Shown here in pieces: positions 53,375 through 62,167 of a stretch of DNA of 64,000 nucleotides (position 1 is the stretch's first letter; each line of letters starts with the position of its first letter). This DNA is from a virus. The stretch is from positions 95,921-159,920 of IMG/VR virus record IMGVR_UViG_3300022752_000020; one strand, 5' to 3'. The notes beneath the pieces were generated by a model. The model was not told where the DNA came from, searched no databases, and saw only the letters and a program-made list of their open reading frames with translations. The translations under genes were made by a program, and so were the position numbers.

Positions 53375-53475
53375 TATATTATGTCACTTATCCATATTAT
53401 TATCTAAAAGAAAAACAAAGAATAAAAAAGAGACTTGAGGAATTAAGAAAACAAGATCCGTTTATATACAAATGA
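53350..53475 (+). CDS. Small protein, 41 aa (not in the ORF track)
   Basis: MVKIFRILIYYVTYPYYYLKEKQRIKKRLEELRKQDPFIYK; ATGA-coupled to the carbamoyltransferase. Confidence 0.6.
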   Translation: MVKIFRILIYYVTYPYYYLKEKQRIKKRLEELRKQDPFIYK

Positions 53476-54932
53476 TTTATTGGGGTGTCAATGCTAATAA
53501 CCACGACAGTAGTCTGTCAATAGTATCTGATAATCAGATATTATTTGCTGCTCATAGTGAACGTTATAGTAAAATTAAGAACGATAGTGATATAGATTCT
53601 AATTTGATAAAAGCAGCATTAGAATATGGACCTCCCAATCTAATCATTCAACACGAAAATCCTTGGAATAAAAGTTTAAGACAATTTTTAGCTGGACAAG
53701 GTATCATTAATAATTCTTTAAAAAAATATTTTAAAGATCATACTAAATCAAAAATTATTAATGTTAATCATCACCTAAGCCATGCTGCTGCTGGATATTT
53801 TACTAGTGGGTTTGATCGAGCCTGTGTACTTGTAATAGATGCTATAGGTGAATTTGAAACTTTGAGTATTTGGCAGGCAGAAGGATCTAAACTAATTAAA
53901 AAATTTAGTTTAAAATATCCTAATAGTATAGGTCTTTGGTACAGTGCTATGACAGATCGTATTGGTCTTAAACCTAACGAAGAAGAATATATATTAATGG
54001 GTATGGCTGCTTTTGGTGACCCTAATAGATTTTATTTTGATATTTTTGATGATTTCTTTACTCATGCATCCTATTCAAATATAAAATTTAAAAAAAATCT
54101 ACATCGTGGCTGTAAAGATTGGAAGACTGATCTGAAATCAAAACAAGATTTATTTGATATTGCTGCCTCTACTCAATGTGTTTATGAAAAAGTATTTGAT
54201 TTTACATTGAATAAGGCTAGGTCTTTGGTACCTAGTAAAAATCTAGTATTAATGGGAGGTTGTGCTCTTAATTGTAGTGCTAACTCTATAGCATTTGAAT
54301 ATTTTAATGATATTTGGATTATGCCTAATCCTGGTGATGCAGGTAGTAGTTTGGGCGCAATTTTAGCACATACAAGAAAAAACATAGGATGGAAAGATGC
54401 ATTTCTAGGACATAATATAGAACCTACAACAGATGTTAATCAAATAGTCGATTATCTAATTGAACATAAAATATGTGGGGTAGCTCAAGGTAGAGAAGAA
54501 TTTGGTCCGAGAGCTTTCGGAAATCGTAGCTTACTTGCTGATCCAAGAGGTCCTGATATTAAGGACCGTGTTAATCAAATAAAACGTAGACAAGAATTTA
54601 GACCGTTCGCTCCTATGATACTTGAGGAATACGTTACAGAACATTTTGAAATATTGGGTTCCCCTCGACATCATAGATATATGCAATACACCAGTAGATG
54701 TAGACATCCAGAGCAATTTCCTGCTATAGTACACAAGGATGGAACAAGTCGTGTACAATCAGTACCTAAAGATGGTTCAAGAATTAGACAACTTTTAGAA
54801 TATTGGTTTTTAAAAACAGGATGCCCTATGTTGCTTAACACCAGCTTGAATATTAAAGGACAACCTCTAGTGCATGATATTAAAGATGCAGAATATTTTC
54901 AACAAACTCATAATATTAGAGTTTTTACATAA
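53472..54932 (+). CDS. O-carbamoyltransferase (NodU/CmcH family)
   Basis: HDSS, HHLSHA, DAIGE, GGCALNC, PGDAG, EFGPRAFGNRS, LLNTSLN. Confidence 0.92.
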   Translation: MIYWGVNANNHDSSLSIVSDNQILFAAHSERYSKIKNDSDIDSNLIKAALEYGPPNLIIQHENPWNKSLRQFLAGQGIINNSLKKYFKDHTKSKIINVNHHLSHAAAGYFTSGFDRACVLVIDAIGEFETLSIWQAEGSKLIKKFSLKYPNSIGLWYSAMTDRIGLKPNEEEYILMGMAAFGDPNRFYFDIFDDFFTHASYSNIKFKKNLHRGCKDWKTDLKSKQDLFDIAASTQCVYEKVFDFTLNKARSLVPSKNLVLMGGCALNCSANSIAFEYFNDIWIMPNPGDAGSSLGAILAHTRKNIGWKDAFLGHNIEPTTDVNQIVDYLIEHKICGVAQGREEFGPRAFGNRSLLADPRGPDIKDRVNQIKRRQEFRPFAPMILEEYVTEHFEILGSPRHHRYMQYTSRCRHPEQFPAIVHKDGTSRVQSVPKDGSRIRQLLEYWFLKTGCPMLLNTSLNIKGQPLVHDIKDAEYFQQTHNIRVFT

Positions 54933-54940
54933 GGACTTAT

Positions 54941-56353
54941 ATGACTAGACAAAATGCTGATTATGGATACGACATCCAAAAAATTTATTTAGAACTTATG
55001 CTTAATGACAGCGAAACATTTGTTAGATGTCAAAGCATATTCGATCACGAACTTTTTGATCGACGATTACAACCTACAGCAAAATTTATCAATGACTATG
55101 TGGTAGAACATAATATTCTTCCAACATTTGAAATTGTTAACGCTGCAACTAAAAGTAACTTGGTAAATCCTGGTACTATTAGAATAGAACACTATGATTG
55201 GCTACTACAAGACTTTGAAACCTTTATTAGACATAAGGGACTTGAAAGAGCCATTATCCAAAGTGCAGACTTGTTGGAGAAAGGTGAATATGGCCCAGTA
55301 GAAGATCTAATTAAACGAGCAGTTCAAATTGGTCTACAGAAGGACATGGGCACTGACTACTTTTTAGATCCTAGAAGTAGGCTAATGAGTATTAAAGATA
55401 AAAATGGTCAAGTTAGCACAGGATGGACTGCTCTTGATCAAAGACTATTTGGTGGATTTAATAGAGGTGAACTTAATATCTTCGCTGGTGGTAGTGGAGC
55501 CGGTAAAAGTTTATTCCTAGCCAATCTCGGACTTAATTGGTCTATAGCAGGTCTTAATGTACTTTATGTAACATTGGAACTTAGTGAAGAACTTGTTAGT
55601 ATGCGTATTGATAGTATGGTGACAGATATACCAACTAAGGAAATTTTTAAACAAATTGACGAAGTTGAAATGCGTGTAAGAATAATAGGTAAGAAGAGTG
55701 GTAGTTATCAAATTAAGTATATGCCCAGCGGTAAAACTGCTAACGATATACGTAGCTATATGAAGGAGTTTGAAGTAAAGGCTGGACGTAAGATTGATAT
55801 CTTGCTAGTAGACTACTTAGATCTATTGATGCCTATGAGTCGTAAGATCAGTGCAGAAAATTTGTTTATCAAAGATAAATTTGTCAGTGAAGAACTTAGA
55901 AACTTGGCTGTAGAAAAGAATGTAGTACTAGTAACTGCTGCTCAATTGAACAGAGGAGCAGTTGAAGAAATTGAGTTTGATCATAGTCATATCAGTGGAG
56001 GACTCAGCAAGATTCAAACTGCTGACAATGTATTTGGTATCTTTACTAGTCGTGGTATGAGGGAAAAAGGTAGATATCAAATTCAATTGATGAAAACTCG
56101 TAGCAGTAGCGGAGTAGGTACTAAAATTGATCTTGAATTTGATATGGATACTCTACGTATTAGAGATCTTAAAGAAGAGGACATGGGTACTGAATATAAA
56201 CCGGGCAGTACAGTATTAGATACTATACGTCAACGTAGTGCTACAGTAAGAGAAGATCCCACAGAAGGTTCAAGCTTGAAGACTAGTCGAGTTGATGTAC
56301 AGACTACTAAACTTAGGCAACTACTTAATAACTTGAATACCGAAGACCTATAA
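54941..56353 (+). CDS. Replicative DNA helicase (gp41/DnaB-like)
   Basis: GGSGAGKS, TLELSE, VDYLDL, AAQLNR, TAD, MKTR. Confidence 0.92.
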   Translation: MTRQNADYGYDIQKIYLELMLNDSETFVRCQSIFDHELFDRRLQPTAKFINDYVVEHNILPTFEIVNAATKSNLVNPGTIRIEHYDWLLQDFETFIRHKGLERAIIQSADLLEKGEYGPVEDLIKRAVQIGLQKDMGTDYFLDPRSRLMSIKDKNGQVSTGWTALDQRLFGGFNRGELNIFAGGSGAGKSLFLANLGLNWSIAGLNVLYVTLELSEELVSMRIDSMVTDIPTKEIFKQIDEVEMRVRIIGKKSGSYQIKYMPSGKTANDIRSYMKEFEVKAGRKIDILLVDYLDLLMPMSRKISAENLFIKDKFVSEELRNLAVEKNVVLVTAAQLNRGAVEEIEFDHSHISGGLSKIQTADNVFGIFTSRGMREKGRYQIQLMKTRSSSGVGTKIDLEFDMDTLRIRDLKEEDMGTEYKPGSTVLDTIRQRSATVREDPTEGSSLKTSRVDVQTTKLRQLLNNLNTEDL

Positions 56354-56393
56354 ACTAGTAGTTTATGTCTCGTTCATACTCCTTAAATACAGT

Positions 56394-56678
56394 ATGGACG
56401 AGATCGGTATCATAACACAATTACTGGAAATTGGCAGCCCTATTGCGGCTGCTATTATTGCCTTTTATTTTGTATATCTTACTATAAAATTTATTCTAGC
56501 CGGCGTGACCAATAGTGTTAATGGAATGGCCAAGATCATCAGAGGATTAGATAGTAGAGTCTTTACTATGACTAATCAACTTATACAAATTGATGTTAAG
56601 GTTAGTACTGCTCTAGGGCTAAAACCAGACTATGAACGTTTGAGTAGATCCGAAATTAAGGATAAGAGAAAAGACTAA
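56394..56678 (+). CDS. Single-TM coiled-coil membrane protein
   Basis: Hydrophobic PIAAAIIAFYFVYLTIKFILAGV; TAAATA at 56384-56389. Confidence 0.7.
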   Translation: MDEIGIITQLLEIGSPIAAAIIAFYFVYLTIKFILAGVTNSVNGMAKIIRGLDSRVFTMTNQLIQIDVKVSTALGLKPDYERLSRSEIKDKRKD

Positions 56679-57001
56679 TGAATTCAACCGATCTAATCAC
56701 ATTTATTAACAAATATGGATTTCCCATAGTGTTCTCAGGCTGCTTGGGAGCATTGATTTGGTATATTTGGAATTGGGTAACTAAAGAAATTAAACCAGTT
56801 ATCGGACAGGCCAACGAAACCCTACTTGAATTGATTGATCGAATTCGAATGTTGGACAATGACCTAATCCGACTAAATCAAAAAGTTGAAACTGTGATGG
56901 AATTGAGAGGCGAACGTATAGAAAAAGAAACCGAACAGTTTGATGACCTAATTAATAATGAGCCACCAAATAAAACTGAAAACGGGAACATACAACAGTA
57001 A
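56678..57001 (+). CDS. Single-TM coiled-coil membrane protein (holin-like?)
   Basis: GFPIVFSGCLGALIWYIW followed by a coiled coil; TAATG coupling. Confidence 0.7.
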   Translation: MNSTDLITFINKYGFPIVFSGCLGALIWYIWNWVTKEIKPVIGQANETLLELIDRIRMLDNDLIRLNQKVETVMELRGERIEKETEQFDDLINNEPPNKTENGNIQQ

Positions 57002-57163
57002 TAGACCCACCATTCGTCTCTGAACCATTTCCGCCTCAAATAATTCAATCTCTTTAGGGTTTAAACTTTGTCTTACTTCCTTGCTTAATGTACTAGATCC
57101 TGTAACAAATAATATTGATCCGTAGAGTAAAAATACTGTATATAGGGCAGCTAACATCATCAT
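56948..57163 (-). CDS. Small two-TM membrane protein
   Basis: Two hydrophobic stretches; start overlaps the cyclase stop. Confidence 0.55.
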   Translation of the reverse strand: MMMLAALYTVFLLYGSILFVTGSSTLSKEVRQSLNPKEIELFEAEMVQRRMVGLLLLYVPVFSFIWWLIIN

Positions 57164-58395
57164 TATTTCATTCTGTTATCATCAATAAATTTAATTTCAT
57201 CCACTAGAGCATCCGCATCAGTTTTGAAATTATTAAAATCACTTCGAGTGATGGTCTTATTGAGCTCTTCTAATAATTTCTGTGCCTCAGCATTATGCTC
57301 AGCACGAGCAGCATATAACCAACGGAAGGCATTTTTCTTATCACCTATCTGTGTATAATATTTTCCAAGACTTAGCATAGCTGGTATCTTACGCTTCATT
57401 GCACCTTCCTTGAGATCACCTATTACACTTTCTATTTCATTATCACTGCTGTTAGGATCACTAAACACCATCATGGCTAATCTATAACTGGCCTGTTCAT
57501 TGACCTTGGCTGCTTGACGTAAAAACTGCATGGCCAAACTACGACTTTCACCTTCAACTAGGTCTACTATACGTAGGGCTAGATCGCTATTGATCTTTTG
57601 ACAAAACTCTCTGAATACAGCATGTACATAGGGTTTTAACTCTGTTGGCACTAGGTTTTTTTGTACCATATTGATTAATTCATCTAATGCTTGACTATCC
57701 TGCTTGCTCACACGCCACATCATGATACGTGTAGCTGGGCCATACTTGGCATCATGTTTCATTGATATAGCATCATTTAGTGTACGATTACGGGCTGCTT
57801 GATCATTGACCACAGCGGCTACTAGTTCACTATGGCTCTTAGAAATAGTTTGATTTTGAGTTTTTTTTACTGTTTTATTAAGATGTGGATTGGGCTCTGC
57901 ACCTTCAATATCCACACTCCATATTTCCATGGGCGCTACATTCTTAAACTCTTGTACTCCCCTACTGATAAATTTATGATTTTTTATCTTAGGAGCTACT
58001 AGACGATAGACAGCATCGGTCATGGTAACACCACCATGGTCGGCTAGACTTTCACAACGAGCAGCAAGATTCACAGCATCGCCCATGAGGTTAGTACCAT
58101 AGATCCATACTTCGCCCATGTGCATACCCACACGCCAACGCATGCCATTATTGAGACTGCGTATTAGTGCTTGCATTTCTATGCCAAAGCGTACAGCATC
58201 CACTACACTGGCGAACTCAATAAGTACACTGTCTCCTCCTGTGTTGAACAATCGACCCCTACTACGGTCGATTAAGGGATCAATAACAGCACGACAGGCA
58301 TCTAACTTGGCCAACGTCCCTGCTTCATCTTGCTGCATCAGTGTGCTATAGCCAATAACATCACTACAGATAATGGTGGCTAGTTTGGTTTCCAT
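57163..58395 (-). CDS. Class III nucleotidyl (adenylate/guanylate-type) cyclase with C-terminal Sel1/TPR-like helices
   Basis: SDVIGYS, GGDSVL, RVGMHMGEV, GDAVNLAARCE, FKNV; C-terminal AMLSLGKYY....DKKNAFRWLYAA. Confidence 0.88.
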   Translation of the reverse strand: METKLATIICSDVIGYSTLMQQDEAGTLAKLDACRAVIDPLIDRSRGRLFNTGGDSVLIEFASVVDAVRFGIEMQALIRSLNNGMRWRVGMHMGEVWIYGTNLMGDAVNLAARCESLADHGGVTMTDAVYRLVAPKIKNHKFISRGVQEFKNVAPMEIWSVDIEGAEPNPHLNKTVKKTQNQTISKSHSELVAAVVNDQAARNRTLNDAISMKHDAKYGPATRIMMWRVSKQDSQALDELINMVQKNLVPTELKPYVHAVFREFCQKINSDLALRIVDLVEGESRSLAMQFLRQAAKVNEQASYRLAMMVFSDPNSSDNEIESVIGDLKEGAMKRKIPAMLSLGKYYTQIGDKKNAFRWLYAARAEHNAEAQKLLEELNKTITRSDFNNFKTDADALVDEIKFIDDNRMK

Positions 58396-58403
58396 ACAAG
58401 TAT

Positions 58404-58631
58404 TTATTTGATTTGGCTACGTAATCTAGCGACCTCGTTGTGTAATTCTTTATGTCTATTGTGCAGGCGACGAATCTCCTGTTGTAGAGTATTGATTTGA
58501 CGCTGCAACATACGCATAAGATCATAATCCTGTGGGTTCTTGGCCACATTGTCACTGCCCATACTTAGGGGACTATGTCTATTATCTAAACTAGATTCTA
58601 CATTATATTGACTTTGAATTAAGTTCTTCAT
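58404..58631 (-). CDS. Small coiled-coil protein
   Basis: Heptad-like C-terminal half; AAGGGG RBS. Confidence 0.6.
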   Translation of the reverse strand: MKNLIQSQYNVESSLDNRHSPLSMGSDNVAKNPQDYDLMRMLQRQINTLQQEIRRLHNRHKELHNEVARLRSQIK

Positions 58632-58692
58632 TTTTTCCCCTTATACACTGTTTAGATTACTTATCACTTAAATACATTATACAGGATCTAGT

Positions 58693-59118
58693 TTGAAAGG
58701 ACTTGAACAAGCTTTTGACCAACTGTTCTCTGAAACTCTAGAACATCAGGGATGGATGGTCCCAAAAACCTTGCAAAGGACTATGGTTTCTATTCTTATT
58801 AATAAAGTAGATAAAAATCCTTGGCAACCGCAACCCAGCTACGCTGAACAATACCTTACAGCACGCTCACCACAGGCTCTACGCAGCTTGGGTGATACTT
58901 GCTGGTTTACTCGTGCAGTATTTCCCAAACTAGGCACACGCAGAGGTATTAGTGCCAGCTACTACACAGACTTAGGACAAGGCTGCTACAATAGACTATT
59001 ACAACATACAGGCCCAGACACTACAATTGAAATGATGATTCGTCACTTTGACTTTCTTGCTGAAGTGGCTTGGACTGTGATACATAGCCAAGGCGAATTT
59101 AGGGAAATGTGGCTGTAG
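58693..59118 (+). CDS. Hypothetical protein
   Basis: 141 aa; LGDTCWF...FP....RGI...YY...G...Y motif; AGGA RBS and TAAATA upstream. Confidence 0.7.
   Translation: MKGLEQAFDQLFSETLEHQGWMVPKTLQRTMVSILINKVDKNPWQPQPSYAEQYLTARSPQALRSLGDTCWFTRAVFPKLGTRRGISASYYTDLGQGCYNRLLQHTGPDTTIEMMIRHFDFLAEVAWTVIHSQGEFREMWL
59048..59113 (+). repeat. Direct repeat copy 1 (3' end of the 58693 gene)
   Basis: 58/66 nt identical to 60029-60094. Confidence 0.9.
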
Positions 59119-59239
59119 GGAGAACATGCTGCGAAGCGCAGCAAACCGCCGTTAGCGATTTTTTACTCCATTAACTGCTACTATTATATAAATACCACAC
59201 ACGAAAAATACCTATCTTATAAACTAAAAATTAAATCTA

Positions 59240-60040
59240 ATGCGATATTTTATATTAACACAGCAATACAACGAAGATTACTTATTACCTATTTTTCTCA
59301 AGCATTACCAACAATATGTAAATGCCGAAGATATAAAAATTATTGATCACGGAAGCACTATGCCTATACCTACAGCGGGCTACGATAGAATATACATACC
59401 TAGAAACAAACCATTCAGTGAATTTAATAGACTACATAGCATGAGACATATAGCAGCTAGTCTGCTATTTTCTTATGATTTTGGCATTATAGTTGATATA
59501 GATGAATTAATCAATCTCTCTGCATTACCTCAACTTGAATTTACTCATAAAGAAGTTTATTACGTAACAGGGTTTGAAGTGTTTTATAGACAAACCGAAC
59601 AGGGAAGAAGACTTAGAGGATTTTGGAATCCAAATATGAGCAAACCTAGTGTGTTTAAAGACTTGCCTAATTGGGACCTTGGATTTCATCGATGCGACCA
59701 ACCTATAGTAAATTTTTCATTGCCCATGGCTCATATAAGATATTTGCATCCAGATCGAGCTAAAAATAGATTAAATTTAAGAAATGAAATTCATCAAGAA
59801 ATGCTCGACCTTGAAAGAAATTCAGGAGTTAACTTGCATTGGCAACGTGGCCTGCAAAATTTAAGTAATTTTTATGAATACGTAAACCTAACTAATTTTA
59901 CCTGTGAGAATTTGGATCAAAATTACTTAAATAAACTATATGAAAGATTTATGTCGGACCCCACCTCATTAGATTTCCATTATAAAAAATTACCTATAGA
60001 ATTTGATCTAACTGATTATTTTCCACAATTGATTTTCTAG
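59240..60040 (+). CDS. Glycosyltransferase family 2-like protein
   Basis: NEDYLLPIFLKHY, IIDHGST, VDIDE, KP...W..GFH; TATAAATA at 59187-59194. Confidence 0.75.
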   Translation: MRYFILTQQYNEDYLLPIFLKHYQQYVNAEDIKIIDHGSTMPIPTAGYDRIYIPRNKPFSEFNRLHSMRHIAASLLFSYDFGIIVDIDELINLSALPQLEFTHKEVYYVTGFEVFYRQTEQGRRLRGFWNPNMSKPSVFKDLPNWDLGFHRCDQPIVNFSLPMAHIRYLHPDRAKNRLNLRNEIHQEMLDLERNSGVNLHWQRGLQNLSNFYEYVNLTNFTCENLDQNYLNKLYERFMSDPTSLDFHYKKLPIEFDLTDYFPQLIF

Positions 60041-60105
60041 CTGAAGTGGCTTGGACCGTTATACATAGCCAAGGACAATTTCGAGAAATGTGGCACGACG
60101 ATTGA
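60029..60105 (+). repeat. Direct repeat copy 2: orphan gene 3' end (DFLAEVAWTVIHSQGQFREMWHDD*)
   Basis: Homologous to 59048-59113, with mostly synonymous differences and no start codon. Confidence 0.85.
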
Positions 60106-60141
60106 TATCTATTAAATAGTATTTTAATAATATAAAATGCT

Positions 60142-61023
60142 ATGTTAAAAGATCAAGCTCTAGAATTTTTTATTCAACTACAGACAGATATAATCTCTGA
60201 CTTAGAATCATTAGATGGAAAACAATTTATTACAGATACTTGGCACAGACCAGAAGGTGGAGGTGGTACTAGTAGACTGGTAGAAGATGGTAACATATTT
60301 GAACGTGGTGGCTGTAACTATAGCCATGTATTTGGAAAAAAATTACCACCTAGTGCCAGTGAACATAGACCAGAACTTGCTGGACAGAGTTGGGAGGCAG
60401 CAGGCGTTAGCCTAGTCATGCACCCAAAGAATCCCTACGTGCCCACAGCGCATCTTAACGTGCGTATGTTTATCACAGAGTCAGGACAGGGTTGGTTCGG
60501 CGGTGGTATGGATCTTACCCCATATTACTACTTTGAACAAGACGCTGTACACTGGCATGGTATTTGTAAACAAGCACTAGACCCCATTGACACAAACCTA
60601 TACCCCAAGTATAAACAATGGTGCGATAACTACTTTGATCTTAAACATAGAAACGAATCAAGAGGCATTGGCGGCATATTCTTCGACGATCTCTCCCGGC
60701 CTTCAATGGAACAGGCATTTGACATAGTTAAAGCTACTGGACGAGCTTTTATTAAAGGCTATGCTCCCATAGTAACACTGAGAAGGGATATGCCCTATAC
60801 ACAACGAGAACGTGATTGGCAACTACATCGTAGAGGTAGATACGTAGAGTTTAATCTAATCTACGACAGAGGTACACTGTTTGGCCTACAGAGCATGGGA
60901 CGTACTGAAAGTATATTGATGAGTATGCCTCCCTTGGCTAGTTGGCAGTATGACTATAAACCAGCATATGGAACTAGGGAAGATGACTTATTGAAGAACT
61001 TGGTGCCTAAACAGTACGTATAG
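60142..61023 (+). CDS. hemF: Oxygen-dependent coproporphyrinogen III oxidase
   Basis: [61 protein letters not shown]. Confidence 0.96.
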   Translation: MLKDQALEFFIQLQTDIISDLESLDGKQFITDTWHRPEGGGGTSRLVEDGNIFERGGCNYSHVFGKKLPPSASEHRPELAGQSWEAAGVSLVMHPKNPYVPTAHLNVRMFITESGQGWFGGGMDLTPYYYFEQDAVHWHGICKQALDPIDTNLYPKYKQWCDNYFDLKHRNESRGIGGIFFDDLSRPSMEQAFDIVKATGRAFIKGYAPIVTLRRDMPYTQRERDWQLHRRGRYVEFNLIYDRGTLFGLQSMGRTESILMSMPPLASWQYDYKPAYGTREDDLLKNLVPKQYV

Positions 61024-61084
61024 GCCGAAGGCTCCGCGAAGCGGTAGAAACGGTAGCCCAAATTTTAAAACCATTACAAACAGA

Positions 61085-61738
61085 TTACAACTTATTAACC
61101 AATAATCTTATGAAATCTGCTAACAAAGCATGATGAGTATACTGATGCCAATGCTGCTGCATATAGCGATCCATATACCAAAAACTGTCACTCTCTGGAT
61201 GAGGCCCAATTAGACCAACCCTACCCTCAATTAGGGCCGCACAGTCACCATTAGTATAACTGGCTATGCTACTAGAAGGCTTGGCTCCTAATAGGCTACA
61301 CCCATCATAAAAAAACATGGTTTCATTATGACCCATCCAAGTAACATTAACTACTGTGCTGTAACTACGACGTACACTGGCTCCGGGACGCCGAATATAC
61401 TGCACTGGATTGATATCCTTGACTAGATCAAAATATAAGGGACCGGCCCAGTAGGCTCCCATACAGATGCCAAGATAATGCCCACCCTCTAAACAGTACT
61501 GCTGGACTAAGGGCTTGGAGGGCTCTAATAATCTATGCCAACTGTCCGCATCCCCTAGGCCACCGGGCACACAGAATAACTGATACTTACGTAATCTCTG
61601 TAAGGTTAACTGGTCTGGACTGATACAGTCTACGTTGGTGAGTCCATATAAAGATGACAATACCCTTACTAGACCGTGTGCACTGTGTAGGCTACACTGG
61701 GGATGGTTCAGCAAAACTGCTGCTCGGGGCTTGGCCAT
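61085..61738 (-). CDS. BPL_N / class I glutamine amidotransferase-like protein
   Basis: VPGG, YLGICMGAY nucleophile elbow, GPHPE. Confidence 0.8.
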   Translation of the reverse strand: MAKPRAAVLLNHPQCSLHSAHGLVRVLSSLYGLTNVDCISPDQLTLQRLRKYQLFCVPGGLGDADSWHRLLEPSKPLVQQYCLEGGHYLGICMGAYWAGPLYFDLVKDINPVQYIRRPGASVRRSYSTVVNVTWMGHNETMFFYDGCSLLGAKPSSSIASYTNGDCAALIEGRVGLIGPHPESDSFWYMDRYMQQHWHQYTHHALLADFIRLLVNKL

Positions 61739-61784
61739 AATACTATATTTACACTAGAATTATGGAGTTTTGATTACACAGAAT

Positions 61785-61925
61785 TTACTTATTCCAACGA
61801 TCTAAATCGTAATCTTTGACCTCTTGCCGACTGCCCAGACTAGAACTGGCTAGAAATCCTAGAAATATGATAAATCCTATGACCTCAACCCATACAGCTA
61901 AATCAATCTCACTATAGTCTATCAT
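61785..61925 (-). CDS. Small single-TM protein, 46 aa (not in the ORF track)
   Basis: MIDYSEIDLAVWVEVIGFIIFLGFLASSSLGSRQEVKDYDLDRWNK; AAGGA RBS; TAAATA at 61947-61952. Confidence 0.55.
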   Translation of the reverse strand: MIDYSEIDLAVWVEVIGFIIFLGFLASSSLGSRQEVKDYDLDRWNK

Positions 61926-62122
61926 AATACAGATCCTTTCAAGAATTATTTAGCAGAATCCGAACCGGGTCTACACTAAAAAAAAGCTGTAAAAAAATTT
62001 TTTAATATGAAGTACTTAGAGTTTTCAGGGGGTTTTTCTGCCACCATGGGTTCTGTAGCAGCAGCGCTATAAAATATATAATTTATTTTTATAAGCCACC
62101 ACCCAAGACATCCTTCAGAGAT

Positions 62123-62156
62123 AAAAAAAGTCCTGACGGTGTACTCACATCAGGAC
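62123..62156 (-). terminator. Rho-independent terminator
   Basis: GTCCTGA/TCAGGAC stem followed by 7 U on the minus strand, just after the 62168 stop. Confidence 0.7.
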
Positions 62157-62167
62157 CTAAAGGGGGC

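Noticed and set aside
421-55711. Many 60-150 aa ORFs antisense to or nested in long genes (e.g. 421-603, 11893-12351, 43800-44204, 48235-48564)
   Set aside because: They overlap well-supported genes and show no motifs or translation signals.
59048-60094. Possible diversity-generating retroelement TR/VR pair
   Set aside because: The mismatches are not adenine-specific and are mostly synonymous; no reverse transcriptase in the window.
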